NCBI GenBank assembly: GCA_964420815.1
Contig: CAYQVA010000005.1
Location: 1-13,544, forward strand
DNA: 13,544 nt
Direction: 5' to 3'
Source of the DNA: an uncultured Anaerolineae bacterium
Lineage (GTDB): Bacteria; Chloroflexota; Anaerolineae; CAYQVA01
This document shows positions 1 through 7,846 of the stretch, in pieces (within the stretch, counting starts at the first letter, position 1; the number at the start of each line of letters is the position of its first letter). The notes below the pieces were generated by a model. That model worked only from the letters and a program-made list of their open reading frames with translations. It ran no database searches and was not told the origin of the DNA. The position numbers and the translations under genes were made by a program.

Positions 1-19
1 CAAAAACGGCGGGAATCTG

Positions 20-295
20 ATGGACGTTTGGAGCCATCCCTTCTTCGAGGCCATACGCCGGTGGCAGCGCGATTACGCCTCGAAGAAAGGCAACTGGCTG
101 ATGCCCTGTGCCATCAGGGATCACCATGAAATGTGCCGCCAGCTCCTCGAGACGTATCGCCCCGAGCCCGAGGACGAGATGGCGAGGGAGGCGCTTCTGG
201 ACAAGAGCTATTATCAGGGGCTGGTGGATTATGACCGGAGGCTGGCGGAGCTAACTGAGGAAATCTGGGAAAGGGAGTATCTGGGATTGAGGTAA
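20..295 (+). CDS. hypothetical protein (no recognisable family). The reading frame is open upstream to position 2, so it may be the C-terminal part of a longer protein that begins outside the window.
   Basis: ATG-initiated 91-codon ORF with high GC3 like neighbouring genes. Same strand as and close to the downstream MBL-hydrolase gene. No stop codon between window start and the ATG in this frame. No motif I recognise. Confidence 0.4.
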   Translation: MDVWSHPFFEAIRRWQRDYASKKGNWLMPCAIRDHHEMCRQLLETYRPEPEDEMAREALLDKSYYQGLVDYDRRLAELTEEIWEREYLGLR

Positions 296-335
296 GGGGC
301 CTCCGCTGGCCTGACTTTGATGAAGGAGGGATCAG

Positions 336-1019
336 ATGAAAGTGCGTTGGTTAGGCCACTCTTGCATCGAAATCATCGGCCGGAAGCACATCCTAATTGA
401 CCCCGACTACCTGCGCCAGCCGCTTCCCGACCTCGATTACATCCTCATCACCCACGGCCACGAGGATCAGCTGGGCAGGGTTGCCGAGGTGCCCACGGGA
501 CTGGTGCTCGCCTCGCCTGATGTGTGCCGGATAGCCAGGGAGCAAGGTGTCCCTGCAAGGCGCTTGATGGCTGTCCAGCCGGGCATGGTAGAGGGGAACA
601 TCCGCGTGCTAAAGGGTTACAGCCCAGTGGGGAAGCTATCCGAGCTATGGGCCCGCCTCTGGGGGCGGCAGCACAGGCTCCCTGGCGGCACCCCCCTCTC
701 CTTCTTGGTCGAGGACGATCTAAGCCTCTTGCACATCGGCGACGGCTATAGGGCGCCTCAAGGGGTTCATCCCGACATCCTTTGCCTTCCTTACCGCACA
801 CCTCCCTTTTGGGGCGAGCGATTCAAGGAGAGCTTGATAAAGTTGGTAGATAGGCTCGCTCCCAGGTACGTGATCCCCATCCACTTCGACATCCCGCCCT
901 GGGAAGCCGATCCAGAGGAGCTACGGGGTCGGATTAGCAGCCAACTGATCGTCCCTACAGAATGGGTGGAGCTTACCTCGCAACCCCGTCTTCAAAATGA
1001 GGAGGGTATAGTAAAGTAA
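336..1019 (+). CDS. metallo-beta-lactamase-fold metal-dependent hydrolase (UPF0173-like)
   Basis: Strong SD GAAGGAGGG 6 nt before the ATG. N-terminus MKVRWLGHSCIEI...ILIDPD...DYILITHGHEDQLG is the classic MBL-fold beta-strand plus HxHxD metal-binding motif. Here the motif reads HGHEDQ, not HxHxDH. A downstream IGDGY.. Asp/His-containing segment is present. Stop is 2 nt before the next start. Confidence 0.8.
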   Translation: MKVRWLGHSCIEIIGRKHILIDPDYLRQPLPDLDYILITHGHEDQLGRVAEVPTGLVLASPDVCRIAREQGVPARRLMAVQPGMVEGNIRVLKGYSPVGKLSELWARLWGRQHRLPGGTPLSFLVEDDLSLLHIGDGYRAPQGVHPDILCLPYRTPPFWGERFKESLIKLVDRLAPRYVIPIHFDIPPWEADPEELRGRISSQLIVPTEWVELTSQPRLQNEEGIVK

Positions 1020-1021
1020 CC

Positions 1022-1585
1022 ATGTTTAAGCCATTCAGAAAGGCGTTTCATCTGGTGGGATTGCTCTTCCCCCTGCTGTACTTGTTCACTTCCAAAGGGG
1101 TAACGTTGGCCTTCACTGCCATCGTGCTTTCTCTCCTACTGATGCTGGAAGGAGTGAGGTTCAAAAGGCCAGCGGTGAATGACTTCCTCTTTCGCAACCT
1201 CTCCATGCTCCTGCGGGAGAAGGAGAGAGGCCGGATTACAACCACTACCTGGTTTGTGCTCGCCTCTTTCCTGCTCATCCTGCTGTTCGAGAGGGATGTG
1301 GCCATCACCGCCTGGCTCCTAGCCATCTTCGGCGACATAGCGGCGGAGGTCGTGGGACTCAAGTATGGCAAACCCAGAATCCGGGGCAAAAGCCTAGAAG
1401 GGAGCCTGGCCTGTCTCGCCGCTTGCCTCATCGTAGGGTGGGCTGCCTCGGCGCTGTTGTCCCTACCCCTTATGATCGTTCTGGCAGGAGCCGTAGCCGC
1501 CACGGCGGTGGAGCTGCTGCCCCTACCCCTCGATGATAACCTCACGATGCCTTTGGTCGCCGGGGCGGTGATGACGTTAGCTTAA
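1022..1585 (+). CDS. CTP-dependent polyprenol/phytol kinase-family integral membrane protein (CdsA/DolK/VTE5/CarS superfamily), 187 aa with about 5 TM helices
   Basis: Hydrophobic throughout. Motif LAIFGDIAAEVVGLKYGKPRIRGKSLEGSLACLAACLI matches the GD..A..vG...G......KS.EGS.A signature of dolichol/phytol kinase-type cytidylyltransferase-fold proteins. Translationally coupled to the upstream MBL gene (TAA-cc-ATG). Confidence 0.6.
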   Translation: MFKPFRKAFHLVGLLFPLLYLFTSKGVTLAFTAIVLSLLLMLEGVRFKRPAVNDFLFRNLSMLLREKERGRITTTTWFVLASFLLILLFERDVAITAWLLAIFGDIAAEVVGLKYGKPRIRGKSLEGSLACLAACLIVGWAASALLSLPLMIVLAGAVAATAVELLPLPLDDNLTMPLVAGAVMTLA

Positions 1586-1622
1586 AGCTTCGGACAGCGT
1601 TGATTCACGGAGAGAGCGAAAG

Positions 1623-2852
1623 ATGTCTTTGAGGACGTCGGTGCTTAAAAACGAGGATTTTCGGCGGCTTTGCCTGGCCCAGTTCACCTCCCTGACGGCC
1701 ACTTACGCCATCTACTTCGCCTCCATGGCCCTGGTGGAGGAGATCACCCGCTCCAGCGCCCAGATGGGCCTGATGATCTTCTCCTCCACCCTGCCAGGGC
1801 TTCTCTTCGGACTAGTGGCCGGGGTGGTGGTGGACCGTTGGGAGCGAATCAACGTCCTGGTAGCCAGCAACGCCCTGCGCGTTTTGGTGGCCCTGGGCTT
1901 CGCGGCCGCCATCCATATTCTCCCCCAGACCCACTTGCTGTTAGCGATTTACCTGAGTAACTTCTGTCTCTCAGCCATCATCCAGTTCGTCGCCTCGGCT
2001 GAGGGGGCGACCATCCCTCGTCTGGTGGAAGAGAATAGGCTTCTGGCAGCCAACTCCCTCTTTAACCTCTCCTCCTTGGCCTCCCAGGGAGCGGGCTTGG
2101 TCGTCCTGGCACCCTTGTTGCTCAAGGTCGGCGGGGGCGAGGCAGTAAGCCTGGCCGGCGCCGTCCTGTGCCTAGTGGCGCTGATTGCCGTGGCATCCTT
2201 GCCGCGAGAGGGGAGCTTGAGGCCGAGAGAGGGGCGGACGTTGGGCAGGCTTTGGGCTGATCTCCGTGAGGGGTGGCGTTTCATCTTTTCCGATCGCCTC
2301 GTCACATTGGCCACCTTCCAACTGACCCTGACCTCCGTGCTGGCCCTGGTGCTCTCGACGCTGGCCCCAGGCTTCGTGGCCCGCATCCTGGGCCTGGAGG
2401 TTGCCGACGCGGTCTATATGGCCGTGCCCATCGGGGTAGGCTTCGGCTTGGGCATAGCCCTGGTGGGTCGGCGCGGGGAACTCATGCGCAAGGAGGGGTG
2501 GATCAGCCTGGGGCTCCTCGCCTTGGGCCTTTCCCTGGCCGTGCTGTCTTTCCCAAGGAGGGCGAGTGGCCTTTTCCTACCCCTCATTCTAGGGGTGACA
2601 CTCGCTTTAGGCCTTGGGTTTGCCCTAGTCATCGTCCCCGCCAAGACCATTTTGCAGGAGCGCCCACCGGCGCAGATGAGGGGACGGGTCATCTCCGCGC
2701 AGCTGGTCCTGGGCAACGCCGCTTCCACCTTGCCCATCCCCCTAGCCGGGGGCCTAGCCGATCTCATCGGCATCAGGAAGGTCGTGTTCCTAGTTGCCCT
2801 CATCACCCTGGCTGTGGGGGCGATAAGCACTTCCACCGCTGCCAAAGGCTGA
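1623..2852 (+). CDS. MFS transporter, about 12 TM helices
   Basis: SD GGAGAG upstream of the ATG. 409 aa and highly hydrophobic. MFS motif A-like GLVAGVVVDRWERINVL (G-x-x-x-D-R-x-x-R) after TM2, with a second half repeat. EntS/macrolide-efflux-like architecture. Confidence 0.8.
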   Translation: MSLRTSVLKNEDFRRLCLAQFTSLTATYAIYFASMALVEEITRSSAQMGLMIFSSTLPGLLFGLVAGVVVDRWERINVLVASNALRVLVALGFAAAIHILPQTHLLLAIYLSNFCLSAIIQFVASAEGATIPRLVEENRLLAANSLFNLSSLASQGAGLVVLAPLLLKVGGGEAVSLAGAVLCLVALIAVASLPREGSLRPREGRTLGRLWADLREGWRFIFSDRLVTLATFQLTLTSVLALVLSTLAPGFVARILGLEVADAVYMAVPIGVGFGLGIALVGRRGELMRKEGWISLGLLALGLSLAVLSFPRRASGLFLPLILGVTLALGLGFALVIVPAKTILQERPPAQMRGRVISAQLVLGNAASTLPIPLAGGLADLIGIRKVVFLVALITLAVGAISTSTAAKG

Positions 2853-2867
2853 GCCCCAGTTGGCGAC

Positions 2868-2896
2868 TAGACAAAAGGGGACGATGATGATATAGT
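2868..2896 (+). promoter_or_regulatory. putative sigma70-type promoter for the UbiB-family kinase gene (TAGACA -17- TATAGT)
   Basis: TAGACA at 2868-2873, 17-nt spacer, TATAGT at 2891-2896. Lies in an AT-richer 85-nt intergenic region. SD GTGAGGA precedes the ATG at 2938. Confidence 0.4.
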
Positions 2897-2937
2897 AAAT
2901 AGTGGATAGCATCCGCCCGATCGAGGAAAAGTGAGGA

Positions 2938-4683
2938 ATGATACCTTTAAGCCGAAGGTATAGGCATATCAAGCGCTACCGGGAGATAGCTCGCGTCTTG
3001 GTGAGACATGGCTTCGGCCACCTGGTCGAGCAACTGGAGCTGACCCCCTTTCTCTCCCTTCCCAGGAGGCTGCTCAGAAAGAGGGCGCCAAAGGGGCCTC
3101 CCTTATCCAAAGCAGAGCACCTGCGCCTGGTCATCGAGGAGCTGGGGCCGACCTTCATCAAGTTCGGCCAGATCCTGAGCACCCGACCCGACCTCCTGCC
3201 CCCGGAGTACATCGCTGAGCTGGGTAAGCTGCAGGACGCCGTGCCGCCAGCGCCACCGGAAGCTATCAAGGAGCAGATCGAGCGCGAGCTGGGCCGCCCT
3301 GTGGAGGAGCTCTTCACCTCCTTCGACACTGAACCCATAGCCGCTGCCTCGCTGGGGCAGGTGCACCAGGCTACCCTGCCCAGCGGTGACGAATCCGCTC
3401 GCATAAACTTAAAAGGTCACCCAGTTGCGCCTCGGCGAGCGGGTTCGTCAGGGGAGGCCGTCGTGGTCAAGGTGCAGCGGCCAGGGATCGAGGAGGTGAT
3501 CGAAACCGATTTGGAGATCCTCTTCGACCTAGCCCGGATTGCCCAGGAGCGCACCCCATTGGGGGAATCCTATGAGCTGGTGGAGATGGTGGAGGAATTC
3601 GCCACCACCCTACGAGGGGAACTGGACTATCGGCGGGAGGGGCGCAATGCCGATCGCTTCCGCCGCAACTTCGCCGACGAGCCCGCCCTCTACGTCCCCA
3701 AGGTCTACTGGGACTACACCACCAGGAGGGTGCTCACCCTGGAGCAAATCAGGGGGATAAAGATCAACGACGTGGCCGCCCTGGAGGCAGCGGGGATAGA
3801 CCGGCACAAGGTGGCTGAGAACAGCGCACGCATCATCCTCAAGGAGGTCTTCGAGGACGGCTTCTTCCACGCCGACCCCCACCCCGGCAACTTCTTCGTG
3901 ATGGAGGATGGGGTCATCGGTGTCATGGACTTCGGCATGGTCGGTCACCTGGACCAAAGGGTCAAGGAGGGGCTCCTCCGCCTCTTCATCGCCGCCGTCC
4001 GACAAGACGTGGATGGGATGGTAAGCGAGTTCTCCAATATGGGCTTTATCGGGGAGGGGGTGGATCGTCAACAGCTCAAGAGGGACCTGCGCCGCCTGAT
4101 AAACAAATACTATGGGCTCCCCCTGGAGGAGATAAGGGCCAAGGAGTTGATAGACGATGCGACGCCCATTGCCTACCGCCATCGCCTGCAACTGCCCAGC
4201 GACCTCTGGCTGTTAGGCAAGACCTTGGCCATGGCCGAGGGGGTAGCCCTGCAACTGGTCCCCGACTTCGATCTCCTCGCCGTCGCTGAGCCATATGCCC
4301 GTCAGGCCCTCCGCGAGATGTCCTCCCTTCGGGCATGGGAGGAGAGGCTCTTAAAGGGGCTCGGCGATTGGGTAGAATTGGGCCTTGTCCTCCCCCAGCA
4401 GGTGCAGCGCTTCCTCGATCGGATGGAAAGGGGGGAAGCGCAGTTGACCATGCGGCTAGAGGGGGAGAAGAGGATAGTCTCCGAGTTGGACCGGATGGCT
4501 AACCGCGTCTCCCTGAGCATCCTTACGGCGGCCTTCATCGTGGGGCTGGCATTGTTGATGCAACTCTATCGCCTGCCCGGTTGGGAGTGGCTGGTGGCCA
4601 TAGTGATCGCTTTAGGTATGCTTGCCGCCAGCGGCTTGGGCCTATGGCTGCTCTTCTCCATGTGGCGAGCGGGGAGGGAATAA
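2938..4683 (+). CDS. ubiB: UbiB/ABC1 (AarF) atypical protein kinase family, 581 aa, with two C-terminal TM helices
   Basis: N-terminal RLVIEELGPTFIKFGQILSTRPDLLP, ASLGQVHQA...VVVKVQRPGI, catalytic-loop HADPHPGNFFV and MDFGMVG are hallmark ABC1/UbiB motifs. C-terminal hydrophobic segments as in UbiB. Contains an unusual ~21-aa insertion (see findings). Confidence 0.9.
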   Translation: MIPLSRRYRHIKRYREIARVLVRHGFGHLVEQLELTPFLSLPRRLLRKRAPKGPPLSKAEHLRLVIEELGPTFIKFGQILSTRPDLLPPEYIAELGKLQDAVPPAPPEAIKEQIERELGRPVEELFTSFDTEPIAAASLGQVHQATLPSGDESARINLKGHPVAPRRAGSSGEAVVVKVQRPGIEEVIETDLEILFDLARIAQERTPLGESYELVEMVEEFATTLRGELDYRREGRNADRFRRNFADEPALYVPKVYWDYTTRRVLTLEQIRGIKINDVAALEAAGIDRHKVAENSARIILKEVFEDGFFHADPHPGNFFVMEDGVIGVMDFGMVGHLDQRVKEGLLRLFIAAVRQDVDGMVSEFSNMGFIGEGVDRQQLKRDLRRLINKYYGLPLEEIRAKELIDDATPIAYRHRLQLPSDLWLLGKTLAMAEGVALQLVPDFDLLAVAEPYARQALREMSSLRAWEERLLKGLGDWVELGLVLPQQVQRFLDRMERGEAQLTMRLEGEKRIVSELDRMANRVSLSILTAAFIVGLALLMQLYRLPGWEWLVAIVIALGMLAASGLGLWLLFSMWRAGRE

Positions 4684-4854
4684 GAGCAAGCGAATACACC
4701 AGTCGCTTTAGGGGGCCAGCAGCTACAAGCACCAGTGGGATACCGGAGCGTGGATTAGGGGGGTGGAGGATAGTCAGAAGTTGCAAGGAATTGGGGGAGA
4801 GGATGCTTAGGTTTGTAGAGTGTTAAAGATGACTAAGTGGTAGAGGAGATAGCT

Positions 4855-6117
4855 TCAATCCGTTTCCTTCTTCTCACCAGCCTCAGTCTCTTTCTTTGCT
4901 GACGGACCAATGGTCCCCTTTTGAATGGCATCAAGAATCATCCGCTCCAACGTTGGTGGAACAATGCCTGCCTCTCCGATCTTCTCAAGATAGCGGAGGA
5001 TAGCGTAATCCGTAACGCTCCCCCCTGTGCGAGCCACAAATTCTTTGATGCGTCTATTCTCAGCCCTTGCTTTTTGAAGCTCTATCTGCTCTTCTCTTCT
5101 CGCCTTCTCAAAGGCCAAAGCTTGTTCCTCGATCTCCTCTGGAGCCTCCACATGGAGCTTAACTCCATGGATCTTCACGCCCCAAGTGGAAGCCGCCTGG
5201 CTCAACACCTCCTGTAACCTCTCCTCGAAAAGGTGTATATGGGTATCAACCCCCTTCCTCCTCTTAAGAGGATCATATATCTCGTCCATATAGGAGCTGC
5301 TTATCATTCCGCGCAGGAGGCTAATGGCACTCCCGATAGTGTGTGCTTTCCAGTCAGGGACGACATAGACAGCTTTAAGCACCGCTTGCTCGGAAAAGGG
5401 AAACATATCCCCAGATGTTGGTGCACCCTCCCCCGTATCTATCTGGAAGGCCACCCCTACGTTTACGGTTAAGGGGATGCCATCTTTGGTATAGAAGGTC
5501 TCCGTCCTGTTCTCTATTTGCCTCCTTAGATCAACTGCTGCTCGAATGACTTCAAAGGGTCTCCTAACAAAGAAACCTCGAGGTAGAACCCGGCTACACT
5601 GGCCGAAACGTTCGAGGACAACAGCGTTCCCATGATTAACAAACACATATCCGATGGCCTTAAAGGGAGCAAAGATGCCTCTAGGTTTTATGGTCCTCAC
5701 CTCACCCTTCTCGACGATTTGAAAGTCCCCAGCCCTTTCAAATAGCATTGAATTTATGAGGTAGATAAAAGATCCCCAACGATCACCTCCATCGGTAACA
5801 AAGATGATCTCAGAGCACAAAAAGAGTACAGAGAGGATCATGAGCAGCCACAGCCCAATTCCTATTGTCCCTCCGATAACGAAGAAAACAGCCTCATGTG
5901 CCTTGGGGCCTAAGCTTTTACCCACAAACCCACCAACGGCAAATGAAAGGATAAAGGCGACAAAAAGCATAGCGCGGGCCAAGCTTGTCTTGCGCGCAAC
6001 TAGGTAGGAGAGAACAGTAGCAGCTACAATCATAGCCCAAAATGCAGATGCTGTAATTCCACTTATAAAATAAGAAACAACGGTAGCTAAAACGCCAAGG
6101 ATGATCAAGATTTTCAC
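4855..6117 (-). CDS. SPFH/band-7 (stomatin/prohibitin/flotillin-like) domain membrane protein with an N-terminal 4-TM region and a C-terminal coiled coil. GTG start.
   Basis: SPFH core VNHGNAVVLERFGQCSRVLPRGFFVRRPFEVIRAAVDLRRQIEN...TKDGIPLTVNVGVAFQID, followed by charged coiled-coil segment EEQALAFEKARREEQIELQKARAENRR. N-terminal ~110 aa are hydrophobic. SD GAGGTG 5 nt upstream of the GTG on the minus strand. Markedly lower GC (~48-50%) than flanks. Confidence 0.8.
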   Translation of the reverse strand: MKILIILGVLATVVSYFISGITASAFWAMIVAATVLSYLVARKTSLARAMLFVAFILSFAVGGFVGKSLGPKAHEAVFFVIGGTIGIGLWLLMILSVLFLCSEIIFVTDGGDRWGSFIYLINSMLFERAGDFQIVEKGEVRTIKPRGIFAPFKAIGYVFVNHGNAVVLERFGQCSRVLPRGFFVRRPFEVIRAAVDLRRQIENRTETFYTKDGIPLTVNVGVAFQIDTGEGAPTSGDMFPFSEQAVLKAVYVVPDWKAHTIGSAISLLRGMISSSYMDEIYDPLKRRKGVDTHIHLFEERLQEVLSQAASTWGVKIHGVKLHVEAPEEIEEQALAFEKARREEQIELQKARAENRRIKEFVARTGGSVTDYAILRYLEKIGEAGIVPPTLERMILDAIQKGTIGPSAKKETEAGEKKETD

Positions 6118-6217
6118 AACTGCACCTCAATCATACATACATCACAAACATCTTGAGCCTTTCGCGTTCCTTTAGACTTGCAGTTAAGAAGCTTGCCGGA
6201 ACTGGCGCTGCGTTTTG

Positions 6218-6247
6218 AGTATACACCAAACCGACGATCTTTGTCAA
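6218..6247 (-). promoter_or_regulatory. strong sigma70-type promoter for the SPFH gene (minus strand TTGACA -18- TATACT)
   Basis: Reverse complement of 6242-6247 is TTGACA (perfect -35), and of 6218-6223 is TATACT (5/6), with an 18-nt spacer. Predicts a ~90-nt 5' UTR before the GTG at 6117. Confidence 0.5.
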
Positions 6248-6293
6248 GGAAGAAGGCGGACTCACCGTCAGTTGCGATGCCGCCATCTGCAGG

Positions 6294-6322
6294 TTGCCAA
6301 AAGGGGCGGGAAGGGGTATAAT
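6294..6322 (+). promoter_or_regulatory. near-consensus sigma70 promoter for the ECF transporter operon (TTGCCA -17- TATAAT)
   Basis: TTGCCA at 6294-6299, exactly 17-nt spacer, TATAAT at 6317-6322. Divergent and back-to-back with the SPFH promoter. Leaves a ~60-nt leader before AGGAGG-N8-ATG at 6391. Confidence 0.55.
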
Positions 6323-6390
6323 ATCAAGGAAAGGTCTTCATCGAGGCCCCTGCGCCATAAAGGACAGAATCACATCAGGAGGTGCAATCC

Positions 6391-6912
6391 ATGCCTAAAA
6401 ACAGACTCGAAGCTAGGACGGTGGCCGTCGCCGCCATCATGATCGCGGTGGTCTGTGTCTTCACCCTGGCCATCAGGGTCCCCTTCGCCCCCACCAGGGG
6501 CTACTTCAACTTCTCCGACGTGGCCGTCTACTTCGCCGCCTTCGCCTTCGGCCCCTGGATCGGCCTCATCGCCGGAGGGGTGGGGGCCGGCCTGGCCGAC
6601 ATCATCGGCGGCTACGCCATCTATGCCCCCCTGACCTTCTTCGCCCACGGATTGGAGGGCCTGGTAGCTGGCTACATCGGGAGGGGGCAGGGCTGGCCCA
6701 GGATGCTCCTCGGCTGGGCGCTGGGGGCCATCGTGATGGTCGGACTCTACTTCTTTGGAGAGGCCTTCGCCATGGGGATGGGCGTCGGCCCCGCGGCCGC
6801 AGAGGCCCTGTCGGTCAACATCCCCCAGGTCGTCGCCGGGGGTGTCGTGAGCATCCCCCTGGTCTTCGCCGTGCGCCGGGCCTACCCGCCCATCGCTCGA
6901 ATCGGTCGTTGA
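6391..6912 (+). CDS. ECF transporter substrate-specific S component (ECF_trnsprt/RibU-like fold, ~173 aa, 5-6 TM). Substrate unknown.
   Basis: Small all-hydrophobic protein immediately upstream of two ABC ATPases and an EcfT. Motif FGPWIGLIAGGVGAGLADIIGG is typical of ECF S components. The ATG at 6391 is 8 nt after a perfect AGGAGG. The GTG at 6382 given in the ORF track overlaps the SD and is unlikely to be the start. Confidence 0.7.
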   Translation: MPKNRLEARTVAVAAIMIAVVCVFTLAIRVPFAPTRGYFNFSDVAVYFAAFAFGPWIGLIAGGVGAGLADIIGGYAIYAPLTFFAHGLEGLVAGYIGRGQGWPRMLLGWALGAIVMVGLYFFGEAFAMGMGVGPAAAEALSVNIPQVVAGGVVSIPLVFAVRRAYPPIARIGR

Positions 6913-7784
6913 CGATGAACGAGGCTGTAATCGTAGAGGACCTGCACTACTCCTATCCCCCCCTGGTGCCTGGGGGCGAGCCGATCCCCGTGCTGCGGGG
7001 GGTGAACCTGCGGGTGAAGAGAGGGGAGTTCCTGGGCCTGATGGGACCCACTGGCTGCGGCAAGACGACCCTATGCCTGGCCCTCAACGGGCTCGTGCCC
7101 CAGGCCGCGGGAGGGGAATTCTCCGGCAGGGTGGTCGTGGCCGGAATGGATACCCGCGAGCACACCACCGCCGAGATGAGCGAGAAGGTGGGGCTCGTCT
7201 TCCAGGATGCCGAGAGCCAGCTCTTCAACATGACCGTCGAGGAGGAGGTGGCCTTCGGGTTGGAGAGCCTCAGCGTTCCCCCCCAGGAGATGAGGGAGAG
7301 GGTTGACTGGGCCCTGCGGGCCGTCAGGCTGGAGGATTACCGCAGGAGGTCCCCCTTTCACCTGTCCGGAGGACAGAAGAAGCGCCTGGCCATCGCCTCG
7401 GTCCTGGCCATGGGGCTGGAGGTGCTGGTGCTCGACGAGCCGACCACCGGGCTGGACCCCATCGGCAAATATGAGGTCCTCTCGGTAATAGGGGAGCTGA
7501 AGCGGACCATGGCCACGACCATCATCATGGTGGAGCAGGAGAGCGAGGGGATTGCCGCCTTCGCCGATCGAGTGGCCGTGCTCCACGAGGGGAGGATCGC
7601 GATGGAGGGGACGCCCCGCGAGGTATTCTCCCAGGTGGGGCGGATGCGGGAGATCGGCCTGGAGGTCCCCCAGGTCAGCGAGTTGGCCTGGATGCTCAAC
7701 GACAAGTGGCAAACGGACTTCCGCTTCATTAACGAGGAGGAGGCCTGGCGGGGTTTGGTGGATTATTTGGGTAATCAGAGTTAG
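6909..7784 (+). CDS. ecfA1: ECF transporter ATPase EcfA1 (ABC ATP-binding protein). TTG at 6909 overlaps the ecfS stop. Alternative start ATG at 6915.
   Basis: Walker A GPTGCGKTT. Q-loop VFQDAESQ. Canonical signature LSGGQKKRLAIASVLA. Walker B VLVLDEPTTGLD. The H-loop position reads MVEQES instead of the usual MVTHD (no His). C-terminal ECF-type extension. Confidence 0.9.
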   Translation: MTMNEAVIVEDLHYSYPPLVPGGEPIPVLRGVNLRVKRGEFLGLMGPTGCGKTTLCLALNGLVPQAAGGEFSGRVVVAGMDTREHTTAEMSEKVGLVFQDAESQLFNMTVEEEVAFGLESLSVPPQEMRERVDWALRAVRLEDYRRRSPFHLSGGQKKRLAIASVLAMGLEVLVLDEPTTGLDPIGKYEVLSVIGELKRTMATTIIMVEQESEGIAAFADRVAVLHEGRIAMEGTPREVFSQVGRMREIGLEVPQVSELAWMLNDKWQTDFRFINEEEAWRGLVDYLGNQS

Positions 7785-7790
7785 TGATTT

Positions 7791-7846
7791 GTGGAGTGCG
7801 ACGACTCTGTCGTCGCAATGCGAAATCGGGAGATTTCGCACTCCAC
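7791..7846 (+). other. 56-nt nested palindrome/structured element in the ecfA1-ecfA2 intercistronic spacer (possible three-way-junction RNA or protein-binding palindrome)
   Basis: GTGGAGT (7791-7797) pairs with ACTCCAC (7840-7846). Inner hairpin GCGACGA-CUCUG-UCGUCGC (7798-7816). AAU linker. Inner hairpin GCGAAAUC-GGGA-GAUUUCGC (7820-7839). Alternatively an 11-bp outer stem 7791-7801/7836-7846. GC3 of the overlapping GTG-initiated frame is ~47%, against ~80% in the genes, so the spacer is non-coding. Confidence 0.5.

Noticed and set aside
4684-4854. Possible bidirectional terminator or G-quadruplex in the convergent UbiB/SPFH spacer (hairpin AAGCGA-N9-TCGCTT at ~4688-4709; three G5-6 runs)
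   Set aside because: The hairpin stem is only 6 bp and is not followed by a U-tract on either strand. The G-runs are 35-45 nt apart, too far for a canonical G4.
6256-6285. GGCGG...CCGCC 5-bp inverted repeat with a 21-nt loop between the divergent promoters
   Set aside because: Short, GC-trivial complementarity in a high-GC genome. It lies between the two -35 boxes, where it may simply be spacer. No supporting pattern.
6329-6390. Riboswitch in the ECF S-component leader
   Set aside because: Only ~60 nt lie between the predicted TSS and the start codon. There is no CUGAGA (TPP) core, no FMN/THF/cobalamin core, and no convincing preQ1-type hairpin plus A-rich tail.
7071-7841. Long minus-strand ORFs antisense to ecfA1, ecfA2, the R3H ATPase, the MFS gene and UbiB (e.g. 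7071-7841, 7928-8728, 9640-10596, 2414-2845, 3610-4191)
   Set aside because: Gly/Pro/Arg/His-rich low-complexity translations typical of antisense frames in high-GC DNA. Each is fully contained in a well-supported sense gene with recognisable motifs.
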